From NCBI GenBank assembly GCA_964354855.1, contig CAYHBO010000005.1:1514-61128 (forward strand): a stretch of DNA of 59,615 nt, read 5' to 3'. Under the pieces are notes generated by a model that was not told where the DNA came from, made no database searches, and saw only the letters and a program-made list of their open reading frames with translations. The translations under genes were made by a program, and so were the position numbers. Numbering within the stretch: the first letter of the stretch is position 1; each line of letters starts with the position of its first letter. This DNA is from an uncultured Pseudomonadota bacterium (GTDB taxonomy: Bacteria; Babelota; Babeliae; Babelales; RVW-14). This document shows positions 9,698 to 19,207 of the stretch, one piece after another.

Positions 9698-10546
9698 TTA
9701 CTCAAAAAAACTGTTGGTATAGGATTTTCCACGCTTCTGTTTGAAGAAGCTGTACAGAATGCTGATCATAAAAAATTCAACTAAAACACTTAGATATTTT
9801 ATTGCTACGGTAATGATGATTGATAACCATTCTGGGAGCGTTTTTAAGAATGCAAACACAGCATCAATAAGAGGTTGGTTCTCGTTGATTTTGGTAATGC
9901 GTGATAACAAATATTCCAGCCCCCACGAACTGCCAATCGCAAAAAATATGATAACAGCAAAGAACGGTGCGTTGTAGATCAATAAGTTAGTGCCACGTTC
10001 GAGCGAGATGAAAATATCTCTGAATGATCCTGGTGCATCTAACCAATAAAAAGTAGTTAAGGTTCCTAAGAAGTGAAAGGGAATGAATAACCAGATGGAT
10101 GTTTTCGGAAGTGTTGTGATGCCAAGGTTTACAACAAGCATTACCACCAATAAAAACAAGATGAAAAACATAAGACGCATATGGATCAAACGAATAAAGA
10201 ACGCTTTAAAATAATTGACGTTACTGAGTTGATCTGAGCGAGAACGAACGAATAGGGTGAATGCTGCGCTTAGCAGCAGTAAGCTAATGGATATAAACAG
10301 TCCAAGAATTATGGCGAGAGGACTTTTATCGCTTATCAGATCGATTTTAAAGGTTTCTAAAAGATACTGTTTAGGGATCAGATTAAGCGCTAGGTTGATC
10401 AGTAAAACCCACCAAAAAAGAGCGAGTGTCTGGTAGATGCCATAGATAAATCGTTGGCATGTAGCAAACATAAGAGCATATAATGCTCTTGGTTTGAAAA
10501 TGGACAGTGAAGAAAACCAGTAGCGGAAAATAGTTAAAAATTGCAT
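9698..10546 (-). CDS. Multi-pass membrane protein, unknown function (paralog of 10662-11423)
   Basis: About 6 hydrophobic helices; shares SSLSIFKPRAL and FYWLD motifs with its neighbour. Confidence 0.6.
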   Translation of the reverse strand: MQFLTIFRYWFSSLSIFKPRALYALMFATCQRFIYGIYQTLALFWWVLLINLALNLIPKQYLLETFKIDLISDKSPLAIILGLFISISLLLLSAAFTLFVRSRSDQLSNVNYFKAFFIRLIHMRLMFFILFLLVVMLVVNLGITTLPKTSIWLFIPFHFLGTLTTFYWLDAPGSFRDIFISLERGTNLLIYNAPFFAVIIFFAIGSSWGLEYLLSRITKINENQPLIDAVFAFLKTLPEWLSIIITVAIKYLSVLVEFFMISILYSFFKQKRGKSYTNSFFE

Positions 10547-10574
10547 ATGAGTAACTCGAAAAAATAAGACATGT

Positions 10575-10627
10575 TAATTGTTTATTACGTTATTATGAGG
10601 GTTTTACATTAGCGTAATAAACAATTA
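10575..10627. repeat. Perfect 15-bp inverted repeat
   Basis: TAATTGTTTATTACG (10575-10589) and CGTAATAAACAATTA (10613-10627), 23-nt loop. Confidence 0.8.
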
Positions 10628-10661
10628 TTGCCAAGAGTTTCTGCTGGGTTGGTTTATTTTA

Positions 10662-11423
10662 TCAGTTAATTGTTTCTTTTTTTTGATAGTAATATGCATA
10701 GGCTATACTTATTCCAAGTAAACTAAAAAGCCATTTGAAGTATATCAGCAACAGGTTAATGATAGGTTCCATCAGTGTATAAGATTTCATGTATGATTCC
10801 AGATTACTTATCAGTGTTCCTATAAACATCGCTCCAACAAAATACATGGCAAAAAATATAACGAAAAGGGGAAGTGAATACAGAATAAGTTTGCCGCTGT
10901 ATTTAAGCGGCACTAAAAGTTCTTCTGAAGGAAAGACGTCAGAGTCTAGCCAGTAGAATAAGGCAACCAAAAATATTATGCCGAAGAGAGGGGTATAATA
11001 ATAGGCAAGGGTACATCTTGCGTAGTAATCGATAAATAGTAGAGGAGAAAGAATTACTAACAATATTACCGTAGTACAAACGGAATATGACAAGTAAGAT
11101 ATGAAGTTTTTGACCGTAGCGATATCACCTGAGTTCGGTCTCATTAAAAAAATAAATGCAATGGTAATGAAACCTTGAATTATTTCATTTATCACTGGAA
11201 GTAAGTCTCCAAAAAGATAATAATGCTTGATAAATTCAGGGGTAATGTATTTCACGATGACAATGTTTAGGATCATATTGATCGTTAACAGTATCCAAAA
11301 AGAGGTAACTATTCTTTTGCATCCATGCGTAAAAATCTGCCAAGCAGCATGACATAAGGAAACAAGATTTCTTGGGTTAAGTATCGTTAATGATGAACCC
11401 CAAGCATTCAGAATAGAAAACAT
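10662..11423 (-). CDS. Multi-pass membrane protein, unknown function (paralog of 9698-10546)
   Basis: Hydrophobic helices; SSLTILNPRNL, FYWLDS; AAGGAG RBS before ATG 11423. Confidence 0.6.
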   Translation of the reverse strand: MFSILNAWGSSLTILNPRNLVSLCHAAWQIFTHGCKRIVTSFWILLTINMILNIVIVKYITPEFIKHYYLFGDLLPVINEIIQGFITIAFIFLMRPNSGDIATVKNFISYLSYSVCTTVILLVILSPLLFIDYYARCTLAYYYTPLFGIIFLVALFYWLDSDVFPSEELLVPLKYSGKLILYSLPLFVIFFAMYFVGAMFIGTLISNLESYMKSYTLMEPIINLLLIYFKWLFSLLGISIAYAYYYQKKETIN

Positions 11424-11443
11424 GCGAAACTCCTTGAACATGG

Positions 11444-13039
11444 TTAAGTAATGCTATTATTTTTTTCTGCAATCGTCCCGGGTGCTTTTTGATTTATTTT
11501 AAACGTAATCGCATCGATTATTGCTTGCTTAGTTGTTTCTTGAGATATGTTGTACGTAGCAAGTCCTGATAGTTGCTTAACCTGGTCTGGCGTGTAAACA
11601 AAATTAATAGTTGAGGTAAAAGAGCCTGGAGCTAGCGGACTTGGATTCCAATTGTTTTGATAGGTAGGATTTTTTATCAAAGGTAAGTAAATAACAACGG
11701 GGCAGGTTTGATTGTTTTGATCCATGTGTACTGAGCAAATTTGATTAGTTTTAGAGTAGTCGATTGGTGGGAATATGCCGTTATGCGCTTTAGCATAGGT
11801 TTCTGTATCTTTTAAATCTTGCCCATCTTCAGGTTTTTGACTGTTCCCGAAAATAATTATGATATCAATCGGTCGATTTGAATTTAAAAAAGAGGGTGTT
11901 GGAATATTAACTAACAAGCCAGCGTCGGCTAAAGAGAGTGTATCTTCAGTGCCGAGCGGGTTAGTGGTTCCATAGTTCCAGTTGCATACTTTGGTAGGTT
12001 GAACGGGACGAATTTGTTGAAAGAACATTCCCAGTGGTGATTGAAGTAATAAATTTACAAAATCTTGTCCTTCGGAGGGGAGGTGTTGTTTGAAGCTGCC
12101 TAACATTTCGGAGAGATTGGCTGTTTGTCCTGATCCCCAAATGCCTAAGCCATAGCTTAATGGTTGTGGTGGTGGGGTGTCGGTTGATGTTCCCTCATTG
12201 AATTTTCTACCGAATGCCCAGGTTGGGATAGAACTTTTAAGGAAATCAGGGCTTCCCACTTCATAGGGAGTGAACTCTACCCATTGATAGTTGTTCTGTT
12301 GCACGATCACTGAAGTGTATACTGGCAAGGGGAGTTTTCCGTCATGAACGAGAGTAGAGCAGGTATCAATATAAAAATCATGAGGATTATTCTTGCCACT
12401 AAGGCTGCATAGTATTTTTTGAGCGATGAGTGAACCGTAAGTATCAATTGAGTCTACTGTTTGGTTAAAAGATTTTTTACGCAGGAGCATTTCATCAAGA
12501 TAATTTTTGTTGATGTTGTTATCGAGTGGGGTCTGTAAACGATCATAAAGCTGCGTGAGGTATTGCTGAGCGGTAAGCCCTGATTGCATGAAGCCTGCAA
12601 TGGTCCAGGTAGAGCCTGAAACACCGGCGAGGTAGGTAGTAATGCCAAGCAGCCCCCAATTTTCAGCGCCAGCGGCTGACCCTGCGAATGCGATCATAGA
12701 ACGAAACCCTCCTCCACTGCCGCAGATGGCTATGCGTGGGATGGCGTTATCAGGGATTGCTACGTTTTCTAAAAGCTTTGAAAGATTTGCTTGTACTACT
12801 TTAAGGCGCTTGTTTAAAAACTCTTGTTCTTGTGGTGATATTCCACCATCAACTCTTACCGTTGCTTTATCTTTGATGTGTGGGTAGCTATTTTTTGTTT
12901 TCTTTTTTTTGGACATTTTTTTCGTAGGTGTTTTTGTTATGGGAGGTTGGGGGAGTGTTAATGTGAGAGTAGAGTGTGCGTAGAAGGGGGTTGCTAGGTG
13001 TAGAATGAGTAAGATTGTGAGTGTTTTTTTATAAAGCAT
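11444..13039 (-). CDS. Secreted cPLA2/lysophospholipase-family phospholipase
   Basis: IAICGSGGGFRSM (oxyanion/Arg), YLAGVSGSTW (catalytic Ser), EFTPYEVG, LADAG (catalytic Asp); signal peptide. Confidence 0.85.
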   Translation of the reverse strand: MLYKKTLTILLILHLATPFYAHSTLTLTLPQPPITKTPTKKMSKKKKTKNSYPHIKDKATVRVDGGISPQEQEFLNKRLKVVQANLSKLLENVAIPDNAIPRIAICGSGGGFRSMIAFAGSAAGAENWGLLGITTYLAGVSGSTWTIAGFMQSGLTAQQYLTQLYDRLQTPLDNNINKNYLDEMLLRKKSFNQTVDSIDTYGSLIAQKILCSLSGKNNPHDFYIDTCSTLVHDGKLPLPVYTSVIVQQNNYQWVEFTPYEVGSPDFLKSSIPTWAFGRKFNEGTSTDTPPPQPLSYGLGIWGSGQTANLSEMLGSFKQHLPSEGQDFVNLLLQSPLGMFFQQIRPVQPTKVCNWNYGTTNPLGTEDTLSLADAGLLVNIPTPSFLNSNRPIDIIIIFGNSQKPEDGQDLKDTETYAKAHNGIFPPIDYSKTNQICSVHMDQNNQTCPVVIYLPLIKNPTYQNNWNPSPLAPGSFTSTINFVYTPDQVKQLSGLATYNISQETTKQAIIDAITFKINQKAPGTIAEKNNSIT

Positions 13040-13129
13040 GGGGAGCTCCTGTGACAATTAGTTTTTACTCATGGTATGATGCATGTAGTTAAAAATTCAA
13101 CAGTTTTTTTAATTTTTGGAATTTAATCT

Positions 13130-13819
13130 ATGAACAATCTTGTGCACATTAAACAGCTTCTTGAGGAGTCTATCACATCATCTCCTGCGGTTTTTTTCAA
13201 AACGGGACCGGGGGACTATGCTGAGCATGATAAATTTATGGGGGTTACGGTTCCTGCGCTCAGAAGTATTGCAAAAAAATTTAAAGATCTTTCACTTCCA
13301 GAAATCCAGCATTTTCTTGAATCAGCTATTAACGAGTATCGGCAACTGGCATTGTTTATTCTGGTTGACCAATACAATTGTGGGGATGCTTTTACCAAAG
13401 AGAAACTGTACCAATTTTATCTTAAAAATATTAAGTATGTGAACAACTGGAACTTGGTAGATCTATCGGCTCATCTGATTATCGGTGTGCACTTGTTAGA
13501 GCAAGATAAAGCTATTTTGCTATCGCTATCAACTTCCCCAGTTTTATGGGAACGTCGGGTTGCCATCGTGTCTACCTGGTGGTTTATTAGAAAAAATCAA
13601 TTTGACTGGACGGTAAAAATCGCAACGATGCTCTTGCATGATTCTCATGATTTAATTCATAAATCGGTTGGTTGGATGCTTCGTGAAATGGGTAAGCGAG
13701 ATGTTGAAGCTTTGAGAACTTTTTTAGCGCAACATGCAAGTAGTATGCCACGGACTATGCTACGCTATGCGATTGAGAAATTTTCACCAGAAGAACGCGC
13801 TGCTTATTTGCGTAAGTAA
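13130..13819 (+). CDS. DNA alkylation repair protein (AlkD family)
   Basis: GVTVPALR, NNWNLVD, LWERR, DLIHKSVGWMLRE, RYAIEKF. Confidence 0.85.
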   Translation: MNNLVHIKQLLEESITSSPAVFFKTGPGDYAEHDKFMGVTVPALRSIAKKFKDLSLPEIQHFLESAINEYRQLALFILVDQYNCGDAFTKEKLYQFYLKNIKYVNNWNLVDLSAHLIIGVHLLEQDKAILLSLSTSPVLWERRVAIVSTWWFIRKNQFDWTVKIATMLLHDSHDLIHKSVGWMLREMGKRDVEALRTFLAQHASSMPRTMLRYAIEKFSPEERAAYLRK

Positions 13820-13843
13820 TATTTTTGTTAACCGAAAGTTGTT

Positions 13844-14275
13844 ATGAGTTACGATGTTTTTGTTAAACTCGGCGTAGTTATTCCTGAATCTGAGCTTGAA
13901 ATTTCTGCAAGTAAGTCTGGTGGGCCCGGTGGGCAGCATGTGAACAAAACCGAGTCGCGTATTACCGTTCGTTGGAATGTTAAAACAACCTTGGTGCTTT
14001 CAGAAGAACAAAAAGAACGGGTACTACAAAATCTTCAGAGTCGGTTAACGGGGGATGGGGATCTTATCATCAATGAAGGTGGCTCTCGCAGTCAGCAACA
14101 GAATAGAGAGTCAGCACTTGCTCGTCTTGGGCAAGAAATTCGTAAGGCTTTACATGTCCCCAAAAAACGTAAGGCTACCCGAGTTTCTTTAGGCGTTAAG
14201 AAACAGCGAGTTGAAACTAAGCGGCGTCATGGAGAAACCAAAAAGATGCGAAGCGTCAAAGTTCGCGATGATTGA
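13844..14275 (+). CDS. arfB: Alternative ribosome-rescue peptidyl-tRNA hydrolase ArfB
   Basis: SGGPGGQHVNKTES (GGQ) and a basic C-terminal tail. Confidence 0.9.
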   Translation: MSYDVFVKLGVVIPESELEISASKSGGPGGQHVNKTESRITVRWNVKTTLVLSEEQKERVLQNLQSRLTGDGDLIINEGGSRSQQQNRESALARLGQEIRKALHVPKKRKATRVSLGVKKQRVETKRRHGETKKMRSVKVRDD

Positions 14276-14287
14276 TAACCCTCTTTC

Positions 14288-14368
14288 CTTGAATTTCAAC
14301 CACCACTGACTTACACTAAGCCTGAATTTCAACCATCAAAGTACCAAATTATCCCTGAATTTTGACCA
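14288..14368 (+). repeat. Three 33-bp-phased direct repeats (YTGAATTTYRACCA) overlapping a putative promoter
   Basis: TGAATTTCAACCA at 14290 and 14323, TGAATTTTGACCA at 14356. Confidence 0.85.
14289..14317 (+). promoter_or_regulatory. Putative sigma70 promoter of the AAA+/DUF4143 gene
   Basis: TTGAAT (14289-14294), 17 nt, TACACT (14312-14317). Confidence 0.45.
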
Positions 14369-14379
14369 TGGAGTGTTTC

Positions 14380-15729
14380 ATGAAGCGTTTTATCGATTAT
14401 TTTCTTCTTAAATGGAAAACGAGTTCTTTGCGTAAACCGCTTTTGATTCGTGGGGCGCGTCAAGTTGGGAAGACTCATTCGGTACGTGAATTTGGAAAAT
14501 CATTTACTTCGTTTGTAGAAGTAAATCTTGAGTTTCATCAAGAAGCGCGTGAAATTTTTGAAAAAAATCTTGATCCAAAAATTATCATCACAAAAATTTT
14601 TGTTTTTAAAGGGCAAGAAATTATTCCTGGTGAAACATTGCTCTTTATCGATGAAATCCAAGTGGTTCCAAATGCAATTACAGCCTTACGCTATTTTTAT
14701 GAGATGATGCCAGAGCTTCATGTTATTGCTGCGGGTTCGTTGTTAGATTTTGCGATAAAATCTGTTGGTATGCCGGTTGGAAGAGTTTCTTCAGTTCATA
14801 TGCATCCGCTATCATTTATTGAATTTTTAAGTGCCATGGGGTCTCGTGGTGTGATCCAAGAAATTTTATCGCATGATCTGAGTCATGAAATTGAGATTGG
14901 TTTTCATAATAAGTTTCTTGATTTGCTGAGCCAGTACTTAAGTATTGGAGGGATGCCAGAGGCTGTAGCATGCTGGCAGCAGGATCAAAATCTACGAACT
15001 TGTTCCGAAATTCCTTTGTCGTTAATCAGAACGTATAAACAAGATTTTGAAAAATATGCAGAAAAGCATCAGTTAAATTATCTTAATATTTTGTTTAATC
15101 ATATTCCTCAACAACTTGGAGGAAAATTTAAGTACAGTGATGTTGAAGGTGAATATAGAAAGAGAGAGCTTGCGCCGTGCCTTGATTTGTTATTAACCGC
15201 TCATGTTGCGCATAAAATAATGAGAACGGGTGCTCAGGGGATTTCCTTGGGAGCTCAAGCTGACTTACAATCGTTTAAAATCATGCTCATTGATGTTGCA
15301 CTTACACAATTTATTTTAGGGTTAAAAACAGGACATTGGATGCTTAATCCTCTAGAATCTTTTGTGAATAAAGGGGCATTGATTGAGGCGTTTATAGGAC
15401 AAGAACTGATTGCTTATGAACATCCCATGAATGATACACAACTTTATTATTGGCAGCGTGAGACTCGTGGAGGAGAAGCGGAAGTTGATTATGTCATTCA
15501 ACGAGAAACGCAGATTATTCCTATTGAAGTTAAAAGTGGAGCAGGAACTGCTATGCGCAGTATGAAATCGTTTTTGGAAAGTCATCCAGCCTCAACATAT
15601 GGGATTCGTTTTTCTACTAACAATTATTCAGTTCACGAGAACATTCATTCATATCCATTGTATGCTGTTGCTAAAATAATTGCTGATGCTGATCAAGACG
15701 TTAAAGCTGCGCTTATGTCATTATCTTAA
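14380..15729 (+). CDS. AAA+ ATPase (AAA_14) with DUF4143 / PD-(D/E)XK-like C-terminus
   Basis: Walker A GARQVGKT, Walker B LFIDEIQ, GGMPEA, EVDYV..IPIEVKSG; GGAG RBS before ATG 14380. Confidence 0.85.
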   Translation: MKRFIDYFLLKWKTSSLRKPLLIRGARQVGKTHSVREFGKSFTSFVEVNLEFHQEAREIFEKNLDPKIIITKIFVFKGQEIIPGETLLFIDEIQVVPNAITALRYFYEMMPELHVIAAGSLLDFAIKSVGMPVGRVSSVHMHPLSFIEFLSAMGSRGVIQEILSHDLSHEIEIGFHNKFLDLLSQYLSIGGMPEAVACWQQDQNLRTCSEIPLSLIRTYKQDFEKYAEKHQLNYLNILFNHIPQQLGGKFKYSDVEGEYRKRELAPCLDLLLTAHVAHKIMRTGAQGISLGAQADLQSFKIMLIDVALTQFILGLKTGHWMLNPLESFVNKGALIEAFIGQELIAYEHPMNDTQLYYWQRETRGGEAEVDYVIQRETQIIPIEVKSGAGTAMRSMKSFLESHPASTYGIRFSTNNYSVHENIHSYPLYAVAKIIADADQDVKAALMSLS

Positions 15730-16447
15730 AAAACTTACCTACTACCTCACTTAACTCTTCTGGTTTATCCACAAGCATGCTTGGCTTTGCTTCTTCCAGG
15801 AGTTCTTTTTTATTAAAACCACAACTAACCGCAATCACATTGATGCCTGCTTTATGGCAAGCTTCGATGTCGCGTGTTTCATCGCCGACATACACAACAT
15901 CTTTTTGAGTTAGTCTAAACATGCTTAAGAAATCTTTGAGTGTGACGTGTTTGCCAAAAAGGCTTGAGCCTGAATGAATAGCGTCAAAGTAGTCCATGTT
16001 ATGATTTTTTAAAAACTTCTTTACATTGCCTTCTGCGTTGGAAGTGACGATGGCAAGACTGAAACCTTGAGCCTTAAGTTCTTGAAGCGCTTCTCTGATT
16101 CCTGCAATGGGTGTTAGATCATCAATTCTATCCTTCATGATTTCCTGAGCACGTTTTTGAATAAACGGTAATTTGTAAAGAGGGACGTTGTGGCTTTTAA
16201 GTATAGCGGTTAGATGTTGTGTTCTAAGATCTTCTGCGGTAACGGTGCCAGGGTAGTTATATTCACGCAGAATTTGGTTTGAAAGAATTACCATTACATC
16301 TAATGAATCTGCGATGGTGCCATCAAAATCAAAAATCACGACGGGGGCTTTTAGCTTTTTAGTTGGCTTGTTTCTTGTTAAGAAAAAATAGCTTGATGTG
16401 ATACAAGCGATGCTGACTAGAATTATTAATAACACTTTAGTTTTCAT
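15713..16447 (-). CDS. HAD-family phosphatase with N-terminal membrane anchor
   Basis: VIFDFDGT, IVTSN, YVGDETRD. Confidence 0.8.
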   Translation of the reverse strand: MKTKVLLIILVSIACITSSYFFLTRNKPTKKLKAPVVIFDFDGTIADSLDVMVILSNQILREYNYPGTVTAEDLRTQHLTAILKSHNVPLYKLPFIQKRAQEIMKDRIDDLTPIAGIREALQELKAQGFSLAIVTSNAEGNVKKFLKNHNMDYFDAIHSGSSLFGKHVTLKDFLSMFRLTQKDVVYVGDETRDIEACHKAGINVIAVSCGFNKKELLEEAKPSMLVDKPEELSEVVGKFFKIMT

Positions 16448-16539
16448 ATGAATTCCTGATGCGTCTTGAAAATAAACAATGATATGTTAAGCTCCCGCTC
16501 CATATTGAATCGTCGAATTTATCACACATGAGGAGCATT

Positions 16540-17307
16540 ATGAAATTATTTCGGTTGTTAGCAACACTATTATCTCTCGCTTTAGTTTCTCCAGTTTTTC
16601 CGGTTATCATTGATCCGGTCCCTTCTATGCAAGAAGTTCATAAGCATGTTGATTTACATCTTAATGATGGGTCGTGTTGGGTTGTGTGGGACCTTGATAA
16701 CACGGTGATGGATCCGGCGAACAAAGATGGGTTTGGTGGTGACCTTTGGTTTGCAGCAAAAGTTAAAACACTTACTGATCAAGGTATCACTTATGTGGAT
16801 GCGGTTGCTCAGACCGTACCAAATTACTTTGCGATTCAAGCGAAACTTGCTATGAAGCCGGTTGAAGATCATGTGGTGACACTGATTGATTTATTACAAA
16901 AAAAGAATGTTGTGGTTATTGGTCTTACTGCACGCTCTGGTCCATTGGTAACACGGAGCATTGAGCAGCTTAATGCGATTAATATTTCTTTTTCAAAAAC
17001 GACCCCACAACTTAAGAACCCTCTAACATTTGACCATTTAAAGTTCCCGGTTGAATACAATGAGGGAATTCTTTTTTGCCACAACAATGCCAAGGGAGAT
17101 GTTCTTAAGACGATTCTTGGTGTGGTTGAACAGCAACCGAAAAAGATTATCTTTGTTGATGACCGTGAAAAGCATGTAGCCTGTGTTGAGAAGGCTGGAA
17201 AGGCTTTAGGAATAGAAGTTGTTGGACTACGTTATTCGTATCTTGATGAAGCAGTCAAAAACTATGTGTTGCCTACTGAAGTAGTGGCTGTTTCGTCACA
17301 CAGCTGA
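16540..17307 (+). CDS. Secreted HAD-like DUF2608-family protein
   Basis: WDLDNTVM, GLTARS, IIFVDDREKH; signal peptide; AGGAG RBS. Confidence 0.65.
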   Translation: MKLFRLLATLLSLALVSPVFPVIIDPVPSMQEVHKHVDLHLNDGSCWVVWDLDNTVMDPANKDGFGGDLWFAAKVKTLTDQGITYVDAVAQTVPNYFAIQAKLAMKPVEDHVVTLIDLLQKKNVVVIGLTARSGPLVTRSIEQLNAINISFSKTTPQLKNPLTFDHLKFPVEYNEGILFCHNNAKGDVLKTILGVVEQQPKKIIFVDDREKHVACVEKAGKALGIEVVGLRYSYLDEAVKNYVLPTEVVAVSSHS

Positions 17308-18401
17308 TTAATGTGCTGCAGTAAGACTGGGTTCTTTTCATAAAGTTTCTTGAATGATTGTTTGAGATCTTCTCTCTCTATTTGTATACCAAGCTCTTCA
17401 ATGATCAATGGTGTTTTTGCCCAGAGGTAAGAACCAAGAGCTTCAATAAGACTATGTGTTTGGATATCTTTGTTGATCGCAGAGCCAACAATATCAAATG
17501 TAATTGACGTATGTAATCGCGTTAATACTTCGGTGATGATTGCCGTTTGATAACGAACATGCGGTTGGTTTGAAATAAAGACGATTGTTTGTATCTCTGA
17601 GTGGCCTTGAAGCCAGGTATTAAGTTCCATAATTGTTGTTTCTGTTGTTGGTCGAGGTAAGTTTCCTGAGGGTGTGTCAATGACATGGATTGGTAATTTG
17701 TTATAAATAGCTGACGTTTGATATGCTTTTTTTCCCAAATGAGTTTCTGTTAGCTGAGAGAGGTCATTAATACCAAATTCTTGGGCTACAGCCTGAAGTT
17801 CTGCTTCATTGCCATCGACATTAATTGAAGCGCGTCGTTCTCCAACAAGAAGAATTAGTTGCTTCGTTTTGATTCCTTCAGAGAGTAGTTTTGATACGTA
17901 AGCCAACCGTTCTTTTATAGATTTGAAGGTGCTTCCCAGAATACAAATAGCATCAGGATTTTTGATCGTAGGGTATACACTATTAATTACTTGAAGTGTT
18001 TTAAGCTTCTCCAAGATAGTTTTCTTGTCACTTTGTTCCATCCAGACTGAGGGGGTTACTTCCCAGCGCTCTTTGTTGCCGCTTCTGAGTGAAAAATATT
18101 TTTGCGTGAGCTGTACCAGATCTAAAATATCACCAAGAATTTCTTGTTGATTACTTCGTGCTGGGAATCGGTCACTAAGTGTTTTTTCTGATGCAATAAT
18201 GCCGGCTTGTTGTAGAAGATACTCGAGGGCTTTTTTTTCTTCTGGTTTTTTATAACCATATAAATCTAAAGCCTGTGAGAGTGATTTGGCTTGTGTTTGC
18301 GGTGCGACTGTCGACTGATGTCCACAGCTGGTAATAAAAAAACTAACCGGGAGCGTGAGAGCGAGAAGAAGGGTGCGGTAGTAGCTGTATAATTTATTCA
18401 T
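17262..18401 (-). CDS. Lipoprotein, possibly DUF218/YdcF-like fold
   Basis: Lipobox ITSC; ICILGS, RPTTETT, VFISNQPHVRYQ resemble YdcF-like motifs. Confidence 0.45.
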   Translation of the reverse strand: MNKLYSYYRTLLLALTLPVSFFITSCGHQSTVAPQTQAKSLSQALDLYGYKKPEEKKALEYLLQQAGIIASEKTLSDRFPARSNQQEILGDILDLVQLTQKYFSLRSGNKERWEVTPSVWMEQSDKKTILEKLKTLQVINSVYPTIKNPDAICILGSTFKSIKERLAYVSKLLSEGIKTKQLILLVGERRASINVDGNEAELQAVAQEFGINDLSQLTETHLGKKAYQTSAIYNKLPIHVIDTPSGNLPRPTTETTIMELNTWLQGHSEIQTIVFISNQPHVRYQTAIITEVLTRLHTSITFDIVGSAINKDIQTHSLIEALGSYLWAKTPLIIEELGIQIEREDLKQSFKKLYEKNPVLLQHINQLCDETATTSVGNT

Positions 18402-18987
18402 TGATGGTCTCTTGTACTGAGACGATTTCTATTTCAGCATTATAACATTTCGCATCTTTTTCTATGAATTTTAGCGTTTGGCAGCCGTCTGTATAAATTT
18501 TGACAGAATCAGCACAGTCATAAAAAAATATTTCTTGTAATGCGCTACATCCTATCATAATGAGTTCTTCTGCGGGACAATCAATGTATAAGTGTGTCAG
18601 TTGAGAATTATATGAAACATCGATTATTTTTAAGCGGTTATGGATCACTGTTATTTTTGATGGCTTGATATTGATAATTTTAATGGTTTGTGTCTCTGGA
18701 TTTTGATCTAAAAATGTTTGTGTAAAAGACCATGGTTTTTTGAGTGTAATATATTTTGTTATCTGCTGAGATAATGCTGAAGAAAGAATGCTTGAGATAT
18801 CTATCATTGGTTCTTCGGGTAGAGGGTTTGGTCTATGAGTGGCTTCTGGGGTATTGGGGTCTGAGAGTCCTTGATTGTCTTCGGGATAGGGTTCGAATTC
18901 TTTTTTTTGCATTGAGAAGACAATTTCAACGTTGCTTAACAACCCTCCTGTTAAGCATAAAATTTTGAGTAACATTTTTTTAACCAT
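18394..18987 (-). CDS. Secreted degenerate leucine-rich-repeat protein
   Basis: Signal peptide ..VFS-MQK; LxxLxIxC-type repeats. Confidence 0.55.
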   Translation of the reverse strand: MVKKMLLKILCLTGGLLSNVEIVFSMQKKEFEPYPEDNQGLSDPNTPEATHRPNPLPEEPMIDISSILSSALSQQITKYITLKKPWSFTQTFLDQNPETQTIKIINIKPSKITVIHNRLKIIDVSYNSQLTHLYIDCPAEELIMIGCSALQEIFFYDCADSVKIYTDGCQTLKFIEKDAKCYNAEIEIVSVQETINE

Positions 18988-19084
18988 GGCAGATTTTCGC
19001 TTGTAAAAACCACATGACAATAACATTTAATGTGAAGTCTACTCCGCTTTATTTTTTTTAGAAGCATAAGTTGAGAAGGGTTTT

Positions 19085-19204
19085 TATTAAAGAGCCGTTT
19101 GCCCCGATGGAGCGAACGTAGTGAGCGATTAGAGGGGTTTGATTGACCGTCGCACCCCTCTAATCGGCCAAAGAGGGCCTCCATCGTGGCGAGCGGCTTT
19201 AATA
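19085..19204. repeat. 120-bp GC-rich nested palindrome (MITE/REP-like element or structured RNA)
   Basis: Ends TATTAAAG/CTTTAATA; CGATGGAG (19105-19112)/CTCCATCG (19179-19186); perfect 12-bp stem CGATTAGAGGGG/CCCCTCTAATCG. Confidence 0.7.
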
Positions 19205-19207
19205 TTG

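Noticed and set aside
14288-14368. Mini-CRISPR interpretation of the 33-bp arrays (also 34653-34783)
   Set aside because: Repeats are only about 13-15 bp or degenerate tandem units, with 3-4 copies and no cas genes; an operator-like role fits better.
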